From a virus, in IMG/VR virus record IMGVR_UViG_3300042351_000809: a stretch of DNA of 64,000 bases; one strand, given 5' to 3'. The first letter of the stretch is position 1. Every line of letters begins with the position of its first letter. Below are positions 47,085 through 58,900 of the stretch, piece after piece. A program made the position numbers and the translations under genes. The notes beneath the pieces are model-generated. The model worked only from the letters and a program-made list of their open reading frames with translations, was not told the DNA's origin and made no database searches.

Positions 47085-50000
47085 ATGAACAATCTTGAAG
47101 ATTTTAAATACATAAAAGGTTTTGGTGGAGGTGGAGCAAGTACAGCCCCAGCACCAACTGCTGCATTTGAAGATGCCGAGGGATTTGTATATGATGGACT
47201 TACTTATAACGTATATCAATTCGCTAAAGTAAAAGACCTTTTGTCAGAAGGACCAATTGGAGGTCTTCTTGAGGGGCAATATAGCTTTTCGGGTCAAGTT
47301 GGAGACCTAGGATTTAAAAAAGTTACTTATAATGAATACCCATCAGTTGTGGGCAGCGATGGAGAATCAAAATATTTAAGATCAGTTCAATGGAATCAAA
47401 CCCCTCTTTTAGACAGCCAAGATAAATACAACTTCCAGCAAATAAACATTCAAACAACCAATGGAACCCCAGAAGGGACTTCATCTGGAGGAGAGTTTGA
47501 CAATGTTTCTTATATTCGTTCAATAGGAGAGAGGCTTAGAGGTCCAAATTTACTGGCTTCAACTGAAGACGAAGCTCTTGACTATCAAAGAACTTATCGC
47601 ATTTTAAATAGGGAATGCAAAAAGATTTCTCTTAACTTTAGAATTTCTTCTCTTTATGTCAGTTTAAAATATCAGGATTTAAAACCAATATCAGAAGGCA
47701 CTTTAAAAATAGAAGGAGTAACAAGTGCTAATCAAAGCAGCAGTACATTTACATTAGATCCAACAAGTAGAGATGTTGAATTAACTAATGGAAAAACGTT
47801 AGATGCTGGCGTAGGTTCTGTAATCCGCCATAACTTTAAAATAAGAATTAGAATTTCTCCAATTTATAAAGAAGGCTATAATAGCAACTCCGCAGTGCTT
47901 GATCTAATTTCAGACAAAGCCAAAGTAATTGACGATTCTAAAGACTTAACTGTCACAGTAGACACTTTCCCTCAAATATTCGAACTAGAGTCGAAAGGAA
48001 AAATCACTCAAGGATATTCTAAACAAATTATTTTTGATACCTCTTCCAAGTTTCTCTCATTGAGCGAAAATGAAAATTGGCTAGGTTGGGATATATCAGT
48101 ATTAAAGATTACTCCAGAAGATACTTATTCTTCAAGAGCTTCTTTTATAAATCTAGAAAGCATTACTGAAATATACTCTTCTTCGTTTAGATATACAAAT
48201 TCTGCTATTGTAACTTCTAAGTTTAATGCTGCGTATTTCTCAAAGATTCCAGAAAGATCTTATGATGTTAAACTATTAAAGGTTAAGGTTCCTGCTAATT
48301 ATGATCCAATAACAAAAACCTATGGAAATACAACTCCACTTTCAATTACAGCCACTAATTCATTCGCTAAAACTGATAAAGTAATCACAACAGATTTCTT
48401 TATTGGAGAAAACAATGTATATACAAATTCAGACAATGTTAATCCTCCAATTACAGATGGACTAATTGCTCAGTTTGACGCAAGTAACGCTTCTTTAACT
48501 GCTTCAACAGGATCAGTAACTAATTGGCCCAATACTGTAGCTGGATCAACTATAAAATGCGTTTTAGGAAATGGAACTTACGCATCTCCAAATGGAAGTG
48601 CTAACAAGCCAACATATGGATCAACATATTCAGAGCAAAGCCCGAATGGAACTTATGGTGTTTCATTTACGACCACTCAGAAAGCAAGATTCGTTTACCA
48701 AACTGAAACAAGCCCATTAGCTGACGCTAGTAATAACTATACTGTATTTGCTGTCTGTAAATGGCACGACAGCGCAACTAACACAGAAAGGAATAGGATA
48801 ATTTCTTCTTATAGTTTGGAAAATACTTTTGTTTTGGGGTTTGATGGTAAATTTAATAATGCTTTTACCGTAGGTAGTCAAATCTATGGAGTAATGCCTG
48901 TTAATTTTTATCAATTTAATCGTTCTAATTATTGGAATGATGCCAATGATACAAATACCTATATCGTAGGAACAAGCGTAAGTAATTTAAAAGATGTAAA
49001 TATTTTCTGGCAAAATACTAACTACTTTGTAAGACCTATAAATGCAGTAGCTGCGCCAAAAGGTTTAGCTATTAATTCTTCAGCGAGTACAAGTAGATGC
49101 ACTGTTTTTGAAATATTGGTTTACAATAAAGCTTTATCAAAATCAGATGGAATCAAGATAAGAAATTGGCTAAATAAAAAATGGAATCTAATTTCTAGCA
49201 ATCTATCTTACTCTACATCTGTAGCTGGATCATATAATACAAACGTTCTTAATGTAGCATCAAACACTTATTTGAAGATGCCTCTTAAAACTCTATGCGC
49301 CAATGGACAAAGAACAAAGGCTTATAGTTATGCTGGAGGCAGTTTGGCTACTTCGGATTATTATGAATTTGATTTAATGCCTCAGAGATATTGGAAAAAT
49401 TGGAAAACCCCACAAAACTTTTCTTTAAAAGATCAAGGATTTTGCAGTTTTTATTGCGATTTCTTTATTAAACTAGGAAGCATTGGAGACGGAAATTATA
49501 CTCTAATTCATAGAAGTAATCAGTTTAATCTTTCTATGACTATATCTGGAGAAAATGTAAGTCTAATACTTACAGTTATTTCTCCAAATGAAAGCAAAAA
49601 TTACACCATAACAAAAGCCCTAGATCCAGCGAAATATTCAACAACCAAACTTAAAGAAAATTTCACAAGAATTAGTTTCTATATACTTCCAAAAGTAGTA
49701 AAACCAAGCATATCGTACACCACAAATGCAAGTAGAGTAAATAACATAAATATATCAGATAGGACTTGGACTAATGACTACATCACAGTCAGAAGAGCAA
49801 CGGCTGATGGAAACGAAAAAGCATTAGCACAAGAATTAAAAGATTTTTATTTAGTAAAAGCAGTAAGCTTTAAAGAAGACACTTCCTATAGTAGCGATAT
49901 TAATAACTTGCCAGAAACTTGTTATAAATATATATACTGCAATTTTAATTCAGCCACACAACAGACAGGAGGAAGGTCTTCAACTTTTGTTCCTGTTATT

Positions 50001-53000
50001 GAAAGAAGGCTTACTAAAGAATACTTCCCAGACATATTAAATGCAGAGATAGATGTTCTAGTTAACCTAGAAAAACAGATTCAATGCAATATAAATATTT
50101 CAAATTATGCTGCTTATCAAACTCTTTGTGTTGGAGCTTTATATAGACCCGCTACAGATCCTGTTTGGCAAAATGAAATAAATCAAAGGGCACAGATAGC
50201 TCCACTTGCTCAAGAAGCCTTAAATACCTACAATAAACAGGAATACCATAAAACATTCGACGGCTCTTCTACTTCAGTAAGTTTAAGCTCTTCTCAGAGT
50301 GAAGTTAAAGTGCTTATCCCTCTTGCTGCTGGACAAATTTACGACGCAGTAAATACAAAAACTGGACCTTTTATTCCTTCTTATTTCATAACTAATAATA
50401 ATCAAATAGAAATCTTTACATCACCCGCTGGTTTCGGCGGCAAAATAGAAGGCTATGCTGATTCTATTAGAGTAAATCAAATTGATTTTGATAGACTTTC
50501 TTTGTCTAAAGCATTTGCAAGAAATCTTTTCTCAGAAGGTCTTTCTAGGAAAACCACTGTTTATGATGTAGTAGGAGTTTTACCTTATTCTACATCAAAT
50601 GATTATTGGGATGGAGAATTTAAAACTGAAAAAGAATGGACGGATAATCCAGCTTGGTGCTTCTACGATCTTTTAACAAATAAAAGATATGGAGTAGGCA
50701 ACTATGTTACAGAAAATGACGTAGACAAATGGTCTCTTTATCAGATAGCTAAATACTGCGATGAGCTTGTCTCAGATGGATTTGGAGGAGTAGAACCAAG
50801 ATTTACATGTAATGTCTATTTGCAAACACAAGACGATGCTCTTAAAGTGTTGTCTGATATGGCTTCTGTATTTAGAGGAATGTTCTATTATTCAAATGGA
50901 TTCATTTACGCTATAAATGATATGCCAGAAGATACCCCTATTTATTCTTTCACTAATTCAAATGTATCTGATGGTAATTTTACTTACGAATCCACATCAT
51001 TAAAAGACAGAAATTCTGTAGTCTATATTAGATACATTGATAAAAATAATTTCTATAAACCAGCAGTAGAATATGTAGAGAATATTGAGGCTGTTAGAAA
51101 ATTTGGATTTAAAGAAACTGAATTAACGGCCTTCGGATGCACAAGCAGAGGACAAGCTCAAAGACTTGGCAGATGGTTATTGGCTTCAGAATACAATGAA
51201 ACAGAAACAGTTTCTTTTGAAGCTGGTCCAGAGTGCGTATACTTAAAACCCGGAGACGTAATTAAAGTTTACGATTACAATAGAAAATACAAAACAGTAG
51301 GCGGAAGATTAAATAATATTAACATTTCTGGAGACACAAATGTAACTACTGGAATACTAACTCTAGATAGAAAACTTGATTTTAACTTTTCTGGAAATCA
51401 AAATTATAAGCTAACCATACTTTCTCCCAAGTATAATCTAGATCCTAGTTTTAAAGACGCAGCAGGAAACAGTATCGTTACCAGTAACCTTGATTATAAT
51501 GACTACAGAAAGCCTCTTACTAATTCATTCATAGTAGGAAGCGGCAACTTAATTACTGGTCAATATTATGATTCAATTAGAATTACGGGTCTAGCACCAG
51601 TAATGGCTTCTGGATTAAACGTAACTGGACTATCTTATTTTACTGGAGCGTCTGGAATGTCTCCTAAATCAATAACTTGGGCTTTAGAAAACTCTGGAAA
51701 TCTTAATGGATCTACTGATAGCGATTATGATTTCTATAGAGTATTTAGAATACAAGAGTCTACGGAAGGAACTAACTATACAGTAATTGGTTCACAGATG
51801 TATCACTTAAAATATGCTCAAATAGAGTCTGGATTAAATATCACGCCAGCAAAACCACCAGCACCAGAAGCTTCTGCCCCTTCAAGAGCATTATTTACTC
51901 TTGGCGTTGCAGAGGCTAATGGAGTAATAGATCAAAGCAAAGTATTGATTGAAATCTTTTATGACTCTTCTATAAAAGACACTACGATAGGCTTCAAAAT
52001 ATTTAACAAAGCCTTTTATGGATCAGACTTTAACCCAAATAGCTCTAGTGATTTTAAATTTGTTCCAATCGATATTTATGAATCTTATGTAAACACTGTT
52101 CTAGACAAGAGCAACATCAAAGGTTCTATAAGAATTTATGGAGCAAATATTAATAATAGCTCTCCATTAACTTATGTTGAAGCTTCAAATTCTCAAAACT
52201 CAAATGAATTATTCGTCTCTCCAGTTGTTGCGATTACTTATGACGATGTAAACATAAACTCATCTATCACTTTGAATAATAAAGTTTACGGTTTTACTTC
52301 TCCGATTGATTTAACGAAAGCACAATACTTTCAGTCAACAACACCTTCTCAAATTCAATCTATTAAAGCTCCAGAGTCTTTGTCGTTCAACATCCCCTTG
52401 CAATTCATAAAGAATCCAAATAAATTCAACAATCTTGATTACCCTTATAGAATAGCAATAATACCAGAGAAAGTAGATACAAAAGATGCTTTTGGCACTG
52501 TTTACAACAAGTACCTTAATGTTTCAAACTGGGAAGACTATTTAACGTTTGATGAAGATCAAACTAGTGATAATATATATAACTACAAAACTTCAAATGT
52601 TTTTGCTAAGTACAGGAATTTCTCTTTGGCAATTGATAAAATGACATTTACAGATGTTGGAATGAAATCTACTTCTAATGATTTTAAGAATGTAGATGGA
52701 TTTTTACTAGTAACTTACGACAATCAAGACGCTGATTTAAAAACGTCTTTAAATGCAATTTTAAAAGATACAAGAGCGACTTACTCTATTGTCACAAGTC
52801 AAGGATCAAATAGATTAAAATTCACCATTCAGCAAGATACAGCGAGTTCTTTTATTAACGCTTTTTATCTATTACTAATCCCTAGTGAAAATATATTTGA
52901 ATTTGGAAAGAATTCAATAAATCACAATCCTGATGGAAGCCCATTGTCTGTTAACGATAATACTGGAAAAGAAATCGTTGACTCTCACTTTATAACAATA

Positions 53001-54449
53001 CCAAATAACCAATCTATATTTAATTTCAATGACTTAAGCGATGACAATGGTAAGGGATTTGATTCTACTCAATACAATGCTTATTTGATAGCTGTAGATT
53101 CATTCATGTTCGCTTGGCAGTTTAACTCAAATGCAGCAACAGCAAGAAATATCTTAGACTATTATTCTTCTTTCATTGATAAAGATAATAACATAGGTAA
53201 AATTTACCCTCAAATTAGTGACCCAATTGTTATAAAACAAGAATCATCTACTCCATTATCTTTCTCGTTAGAGTCTGTGTTGAAAGATGCTGATACTAGA
53301 TATCTGCATTTTACAATTAATAAGACTATACTAACTGAAAACATATTTGATACTAGCGTAAATACTCTCCCTTCGCCAGCTTATGCAATTTCTAGAAAGA
53401 GCGTAATTTATAAGCCTACTACAAACGCAAACTTAGCAGCAGGAGCTAAAGATGATAGAGTATTATCTTCAGATCCAGACGACACTATGGCTTATTATAA
53501 ACTCTCTTTACAAAATAGAGACAATATACCAAATGCGTCATTATCACCGAAAATACCCACTGGCAAGAGAGCTTATGTTTTAAATGGTAATAAAATTTTT
53601 ACAAGAGCTTTAGTTGCTGACGCGAACGCTACTTCTTTAAGAGCAGTAGAATCAGAAACAGCCAATGGCTTTAAGTCTAAAGCTAAAATAACCAATAGCT
53701 CTTTTGGCGAAGGAAACGAAGAGTTTTTTGACATCTCTATAACAAGATTAACTAACAGCACGTTTACTGGAAATATAAAGAGTTTAATTCCTGATTATAC
53801 AAATACTTATCTAATTCCTATAAATGCCTCAAATTCGAATACTGAAGAAAATGCGAAAAGCAATTTTAATAGTTTATTAAATGACGGATTGCTCAATTCA
53901 TCTTTTAATGCTGTAAACGTTACTCCTGAAAATAATTTTTCTGAACTTGGAGTCAATACTAAAAATGTTCAAATGCTGATAAATGCAGAACCAAACAATT
54001 TCACTGTTTATACTATAAATCAGCAAACAGCTAATTCGTTTAATTTTGGTATAGCAAATTCTTCTTTCTATGCTGGAGTTCCAGTATTAGAAAATGAATC
54101 TTTGTCTATTTTCTTTACAATTGGAAACGTTAACAAGACAAAAGCTATAAAGGTATATTGCTTTATTGGAGAAGATTTTGTGGCTAGTGAAGTAGATAAA
54201 ACACAAATAATACCGGGAGACGATAACGTAATTAGGGTTACATTAAAAAATGTTCCTTATGCAAATTATTACACCAACGCTTCTTCTTATTCTGCTAATG
54301 CATCAATAACTAATCCAACTTTCTGGAAATTCAAGAGTGCCAAAAATTTAGCCTTCGCACATTTGTCCGCAAGATCTAACGGTAGATTATTTCCATTATA
54401 CAATTTCCATATCCAAGCACTAGAACTATCAATAGTAATAACTTACTAA
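47085..54449 (+). CDS. central tail fibre / tip attachment protein gpJ-like
   Basis: DLLSEGPI.G, KVPANYDP, WDGEFK..WTDNPAWCFYDLLTNKRYG, YCDELV.DG.GG.EPRF, AFGCTSRGQA.RLG.W. Confidence 0.92.
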   Translation: MNNLEDFKYIKGFGGGGASTAPAPTAAFEDAEGFVYDGLTYNVYQFAKVKDLLSEGPIGGLLEGQYSFSGQVGDLGFKKVTYNEYPSVVGSDGESKYLRSVQWNQTPLLDSQDKYNFQQINIQTTNGTPEGTSSGGEFDNVSYIRSIGERLRGPNLLASTEDEALDYQRTYRILNRECKKISLNFRISSLYVSLKYQDLKPISEGTLKIEGVTSANQSSSTFTLDPTSRDVELTNGKTLDAGVGSVIRHNFKIRIRISPIYKEGYNSNSAVLDLISDKAKVIDDSKDLTVTVDTFPQIFELESKGKITQGYSKQIIFDTSSKFLSLSENENWLGWDISVLKITPEDTYSSRASFINLESITEIYSSSFRYTNSAIVTSKFNAAYFSKIPERSYDVKLLKVKVPANYDPITKTYGNTTPLSITATNSFAKTDKVITTDFFIGENNVYTNSDNVNPPITDGLIAQFDASNASLTASTGSVTNWPNTVAGSTIKCVLGNGTYASPNGSANKPTYGSTYSEQSPNGTYGVSFTTTQKARFVYQTETSPLADASNNYTVFAVCKWHDSATNTERNRIISSYSLENTFVLGFDGKFNNAFTVGSQIYGVMPVNFYQFNRSNYWNDANDTNTYIVGTSVSNLKDVNIFWQNTNYFVRPINAVAAPKGLAINSSASTSRCTVFEILVYNKALSKSDGIKIRNWLNKKWNLISSNLSYSTSVAGSYNTNVLNVASNTYLKMPLKTLCANGQRTKAYSYAGGSLATSDYYEFDLMPQRYWKNWKTPQNFSLKDQGFCSFYCDFFIKLGSIGDGNYTLIHRSNQFNLSMTISGENVSLILTVISPNESKNYTITKALDPAKYSTTKLKENFTRISFYILPKVVKPSISYTTNASRVNNINISDRTWTNDYITVRRATADGNEKALAQELKDFYLVKAVSFKEDTSYSSDINNLPETCYKYIYCNFNSATQQTGGRSSTFVPVIERRLTKEYFPDILNAEIDVLVNLEKQIQCNINISNYAAYQTLCVGALYRPATDPVWQNEINQRAQIAPLAQEALNTYNKQEYHKTFDGSSTSVSLSSSQSEVKVLIPLAAGQIYDAVNTKTGPFIPSYFITNNNQIEIFTSPAGFGGKIEGYADSIRVNQIDFDRLSLSKAFARNLFSEGLSRKTTVYDVVGVLPYSTSNDYWDGEFKTEKEWTDNPAWCFYDLLTNKRYGVGNYVTENDVDKWSLYQIAKYCDELVSDGFGGVEPRFTCNVYLQTQDDALKVLSDMASVFRGMFYYSNGFIYAINDMPEDTPIYSFTNSNVSDGNFTYESTSLKDRNSVVYIRYIDKNNFYKPAVEYVENIEAVRKFGFKETELTAFGCTSRGQAQRLGRWLLASEYNETETVSFEAGPECVYLKPGDVIKVYDYNRKYKTVGGRLNNINISGDTNVTTGILTLDRKLDFNFSGNQNYKLTILSPKYNLDPSFKDAAGNSIVTSNLDYNDYRKPLTNSFIVGSGNLITGQYYDSIRITGLAPVMASGLNVTGLSYFTGASGMSPKSITWALENSGNLNGSTDSDYDFYRVFRIQESTEGTNYTVIGSQMYHLKYAQIESGLNITPAKPPAPEASAPSRALFTLGVAEANGVIDQSKVLIEIFYDSSIKDTTIGFKIFNKAFYGSDFNPNSSSDFKFVPIDIYESYVNTVLDKSNIKGSIRIYGANINNSSPLTYVEASNSQNSNELFVSPVVAITYDDVNINSSITLNNKVYGFTSPIDLTKAQYFQSTTPSQIQSIKAPESLSFNIPLQFIKNPNKFNNLDYPYRIAIIPEKVDTKDAFGTVYNKYLNVSNWEDYLTFDEDQTSDNIYNYKTSNVFAKYRNFSLAIDKMTFTDVGMKSTSNDFKNVDGFLLVTYDNQDADLKTSLNAILKDTRATYSIVTSQGSNRLKFTIQQDTASSFINAFYLLLIPSENIFEFGKNSINHNPDGSPLSVNDNTGKEIVDSHFITIPNNQSIFNFNDLSDDNGKGFDSTQYNAYLIAVDSFMFAWQFNSNAATARNILDYYSSFIDKDNNIGKIYPQISDPIVIKQESSTPLSFSLESVLKDADTRYLHFTINKTILTENIFDTSVNTLPSPAYAISRKSVIYKPTTNANLAAGAKDDRVLSSDPDDTMAYYKLSLQNRDNIPNASLSPKIPTGKRAYVLNGNKIFTRALVADANATSLRAVESETANGFKSKAKITNSSFGEGNEEFFDISITRLTNSTFTGNIKSLIPDYTNTYLIPINASNSNTEENAKSNFNSLLNDGLLNSSFNAVNVTPENNFSELGVNTKNVQMLINAEPNNFTVYTINQQTANSFNFGIANSSFYAGVPVLENESLSIFFTIGNVNKTKAIKVYCFIGEDFVASEVDKTQIIPGDDNVIRVTLKNVPYANYYTNASSYSANASITNPTFWKFKSAKNLAFAHLSARSNGRLFPLYNFHIQALELSIVITY

Positions 54450-54450
54450 A

Positions 54451-55149
54451 ATGAAACACTATATCGTATATTTTATAAATGGCAGTCATAAATATCTCCA
54501 ATCTTCTCTCGACTTGATGGAAAATTTAGATCGCCTAAAGCTTGTAGGAATAGAGTATGAAGTTGTAGACTATATTGTACCTTTAGAAAAGCACATTGAC
54601 CAAAGCATATTAGAGCATAGAAAATTCCTTCCTGATGGAAACTCTATATGGAAAAAAGAAAATCTCATCGATAAAAAAGTTAAAGAAATGACTGCAAAAA
54701 GAAATGCTTTATTGCAGAAGCTTGATATTGACTTCATTATCTCTCTAGAGACCCCCAACAATAAACAAACAGAAGTCATTAAAAATAACAAAAAGTTTCT
54801 AAGAGAACTCTCTTGTAGAACTGAAATGCAACACATTCATGATTGCGAAAAGATAAACAAGTTTAACGCCTTTTGTAATATTATTGATATACAAATTATT
54901 GACCCCGGATATGGATGCTCAGAACCAGTTCCTTGCGTCACCATCTCTCCTCCTGAAGAAACCGAATACAACTACGGCTTAACCGCTTCTGCTCATGCTG
55001 TTAGAGGCTCAAAAGGAGAATTGCTTTCTTTAACAATGGAGAAATTAGGTTGTGGTTATATTTCAGATCCAGAGATTAAAATAAGCGGATATGAGTCAGA
55101 AAGCGCAAAACATCCTATTGTAAAAGCAGTGATTGGCAATATAATGTAA
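54451..55149 (+). CDS. tail fibre assembly-like protein with C-terminal GxGY repeats
   Basis: KRNALL..LD...KKFLREL chaperone-like segment; DPGYG and LGCGY..P units. Confidence 0.45.
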   Translation: MKHYIVYFINGSHKYLQSSLDLMENLDRLKLVGIEYEVVDYIVPLEKHIDQSILEHRKFLPDGNSIWKKENLIDKKVKEMTAKRNALLQKLDIDFIISLETPNNKQTEVIKNNKKFLRELSCRTEMQHIHDCEKINKFNAFCNIIDIQIIDPGYGCSEPVPCVTISPPEETEYNYGLTASAHAVRGSKGELLSLTMEKLGCGYISDPEIKISGYESESAKHPIVKAVIGNIM

Positions 55150-55152
55150 CAT

Positions 55153-55980
55153 ATGACGGATGTATTATTTTCTTTTGGCGACGAATACATATATTCTAAC
55201 AACCTAGCAAACTGGTCCACAATAGAACCCAGTAAAGAAATAGAAATTATTGGCAACCCAGAGAAGTTCTCCGTTGTGCGAACTGCTGTCATTAATTACA
55301 GCAAGCCTTTTACTGTAGAGTCAAATTCTTTAATTAAATTTAGCGGTACAATTAAAGATCTAATTTTAGATGGAGATACTATTGATTGTTATTTTACTCT
55401 TTACTATGCTGCATTAATTAATGATATTACTGAATCTGGATCTGGATATAAAGTAAATGAATATGTAACTATTGGTAAAAATTCTTACTTTGAATCGTCT
55501 ATAGATAAAAACCAAAAAGCTGTCCTTCAAATTAAAGCTGTCAATAGTGATGGTGGTATTACTGAACTCCATTTAATTAACAATGGAAAATTTACTCAAA
55601 ATTTTACTGAAGCAGAATTAGAAGGCGGATCTGGTAAAGGCGCAAAAGTAAGCTTGATTTTGGGCAAAGACAACAAGAAGGCTCTCAAGTTTTTTTCTGT
55701 ATTAGACGTAAAGCGAGAAAACGCTTCTACTCTTGTAATGTTAAATGAAAAGATTAAAGACGACTTCCTTACAGGAGAAGTCTATATAAAACGATACCGC
55801 ATTACATTAAATAAGGCTACGGGTAAAGAATACTTGAATCAAGCATTTATTGTAAAGGTAGAGAAAACTCCTTTCCTTAATCTACCATTAGCCAAAGACA
55901 ATAATATAGAGCAAATCTATAATCAGGCTATACTAACTATAGACTCTAAGATTAAAGAATTATCTGCTGGCGTAAAGTAA
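55153..55980 (+). CDS. putative virion structural protein with GSGY repeat
   Basis: SGSGY.VNE, GGSGKGA units. Confidence 0.5.
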   Translation: MTDVLFSFGDEYIYSNNLANWSTIEPSKEIEIIGNPEKFSVVRTAVINYSKPFTVESNSLIKFSGTIKDLILDGDTIDCYFTLYYAALINDITESGSGYKVNEYVTIGKNSYFESSIDKNQKAVLQIKAVNSDGGITELHLINNGKFTQNFTEAELEGGSGKGAKVSLILGKDNKKALKFFSVLDVKRENASTLVMLNEKIKDDFLTGEVYIKRYRITLNKATGKEYLNQAFIVKVEKTPFLNLPLAKDNNIEQIYNQAILTIDSKIKELSAGVK

Positions 55981-58900
55981 TCCTCCGGGTCTCTTCTGCT
56001 CGACCAATACTTCAACGACTTTGCTTCTGAGCAGTTCAGCAAGTTTAGCATTGTTTTGAATATTGTTCTGATCTTTGTTTGTATTAGAGCCGCCATTTTG
56101 AGTGGTAGCATTAGCTTCAGAAGTGACTTCGCCAGTCTGAGCAACATTAATTGAAATGTTATTAACTACAGACATTCCAGATTCTTGATTTGCTCCAGCA
56201 GCAGAAATTTTACCTGACTCAGCTTGGGTGATGTCATTGCCCTTGGAAAGGTTTTCATTCAATGTATTAAGAGCAGCGACTAGTTCGGTCACGCTAGATT
56301 CAGGCGTATTTTGACCTGCTGTATAGCTTGTGCCAACCATTCCGCCACTGGCATACTTAGGCAATGTGCCAGTATTTAATTGATTCATGAAGTCTCTGCC
56401 GTACATATCTACAGCTTTCTTGTTCATGACATATTCACCACCCATTAATAAAGCAGGAATATTATCTTTGCCTGTTGATCCACCACCAGCAAATCTAGCT
56501 ATATAGCCGCCATTTGATCTAAGATTTCTTGCATATTGAGCATTTAATTGAGCTTGAGTTAAGTTACCTCCGGGTTCTAGACCTCTTGCAGCAGACGCTG
56601 CTGCACTAGTTCTCATATTAGCTGCTCCGACTGTAAGACCAGCAGCACCCAATTGAACAGCAGCAGCAGTTAGACCTGAATAGAAAGTGCTATTTACTTG
56701 ATTTTTATAATTTTTAATAGCTTGTTGTTTGTCTTTCTCATACTGCGATCTGTCTTGCAAGTATTGATCAAGTTTTTCATAGCGATCTTGTCTTAGTCTA
56801 TTTTGAGGATTATTCTCGTCAGTTAAAGCTGCGGCTGATAGTCTAGAATCAACAGCAAACTCTCCAGAAGTTGGACGATCAGGATTGTCATATAAGAACT
56901 CATTTTGCAATGGCCCCATTGAGAACCCGCCTACTGCATATTTGGGAACAAGTCCGCCATTCAAGGCTCTTAAATAATCAGAACCGTATTTTTTAACAGA
57001 AGACTTTTTGATGACGAACTCACCGCCACTCATCATAGCAGGTACATCATCTTTCATTCCAGAGCCGCCAACGACCATACCTCCAGAATTATAGCCCCTG
57101 ATTAAGCCACCGTCTTTTCTGCCAGTTGCAGCAGCTTTGCCAAAAGCGAATAAAGCATCAACTCCCATCTCTAAAGACTTATCAAGCATTCTATTCAAGA
57201 TGCCTTGGAACATATCTCTAAATGCATCCTTAAGTGTCTTAGTTCCTTTGATGGCTTCACCAAATGCACTAGCAATTCCTGATTTAAAATCAGTTTGAAA
57301 AGTATCAATTAATTGACCAGTATCTCTGGCAAAATCAGCTCTATTATAAGTAGTATTCTTTTCAGTAATACCTCCAAAATCAATATTACCAAGTCGAGCT
57401 TGATCTTCTATGCGCCTATTCATTACGGCGGCTCTTTCTTCTTTAAAGAATGTGTTGCTATAAGCTGAATCGTAGAATCTCTTTACTTCTTCATTAGTCT
57501 TTTTTAAGCGTTCGGTTATTTTTTCTCTCTCATCAGCTATTTGCATTTCTAATAACAATTGATCAGCAAGATCTTTGTCGCCTTCTCCATAAATTCTATT
57601 AATCTCTTCTATCTTTTTATTCTTTTGAATTTGAATGTTTTCTTGCGTTTTAGCTAAAGCTTTTTCAGCATCAATTAAGCTTTGAGGCTTTATAGGCGTG
57701 ATTGAAGAGGTATTTTTATTCGAAGCATTAAATTCATAAAATCTAAAACCGGAAGCAGCGGCAGGAGCATTAGTCTTATTAGAAATATTAAGGGCGGTAG
57801 ATGTTTGAGATTGATAAAGCTTGGCCAAAATAGAGTTTAAATTCTCAAGAGGTATATTTATCTTAGAAGCCAACCTTTCTCTACCCGTCTGTTCAGCTTG
57901 ACTAAAAGGCCCAGTATCATTTGCGCCTAATGGTAAACCTGAGCCACTAGGGCTATAGCCTCCAAAAAGAATATCTGGATTTACCATTTGTGACTTTATC
58001 TCTGTCAAAGCTTTTTCTCTTTCAATAACCGAAGCAATTGGTAATAAATTCCTAATCTCTTTTTCTAATTCTACTCTATTTTGAGTGGCAACTATTTCTT
58101 TTAATGCTGCGCTTAGTGAAGAATTCAATGCATCTAATTTTGCGCCTACTTGTTGAGTAGTTATTCTTTCGAAATTTGCATTAATATCAGGAGCTTGTTT
58201 GGCTAAAATCTCTGTTTGAGTTTTTGCTAATTCATTTGCATACTTACTTTCTTGAGCTAATAAATCAAAATAAGTACCAATATTCTCCAGCTTTAACTGA
58301 GAGGTTACTTGGTCGATTGCTATACTTACCGCATCTTCATTTAACTTATTAAAAGCTTCATCTAAAGCTCCACCAGCTTGAATACCTGTTCCTGTTTGAG
58401 ATATTAAACTAATGTTCGTTAGTTTTCTAAGTCTTTCATTTTCTTTTCTAATTTGTCCTGCCCTTGCAGATATAGAAGCATTTTCTAAAGGAGCTAATTC
58501 TGCGCCGACTCCTCCACCTCTAATTCCATATTGATTAGAAAGAGTATCTAGTAATTTAAAGAAACCTGATCCTGTTTCTATTGGATTTCCAACCCTAACA
58601 TTTTGCCCTAAGCTAGAAGTCAATTCAGTTAATTTATCAAACAAATCAGAAACTCCAACTTGACCAGTGCTTCCTAAAGATGCTGCGCCACCAGCTAAAG
58701 AAATCTTTTCGTTTAACTGTAAAGATCTTCTTTGATAATCAGAATTTATCTTTTGAATAGCTAAATCAAATTTTCCTTGCTCAGTAATTTTAGTTAATTC
58801 ATTTAGAACTCCTTCAAAAGTATTTTGTAGCTCTCCTGCGATTAATTCAGCTTCTGGTTTTTTGAAAAGACCTGTCTCAGAAATTCCTTGAATTAGTTTA

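Noticed and set aside
34909-54449. Diversity-generating retroelement or invertible tail-fibre cassette
   Set aside because: No reverse transcriptase, invertase or duplicated template/variable repeat noticed; a self dot-plot would be needed to exclude it fully
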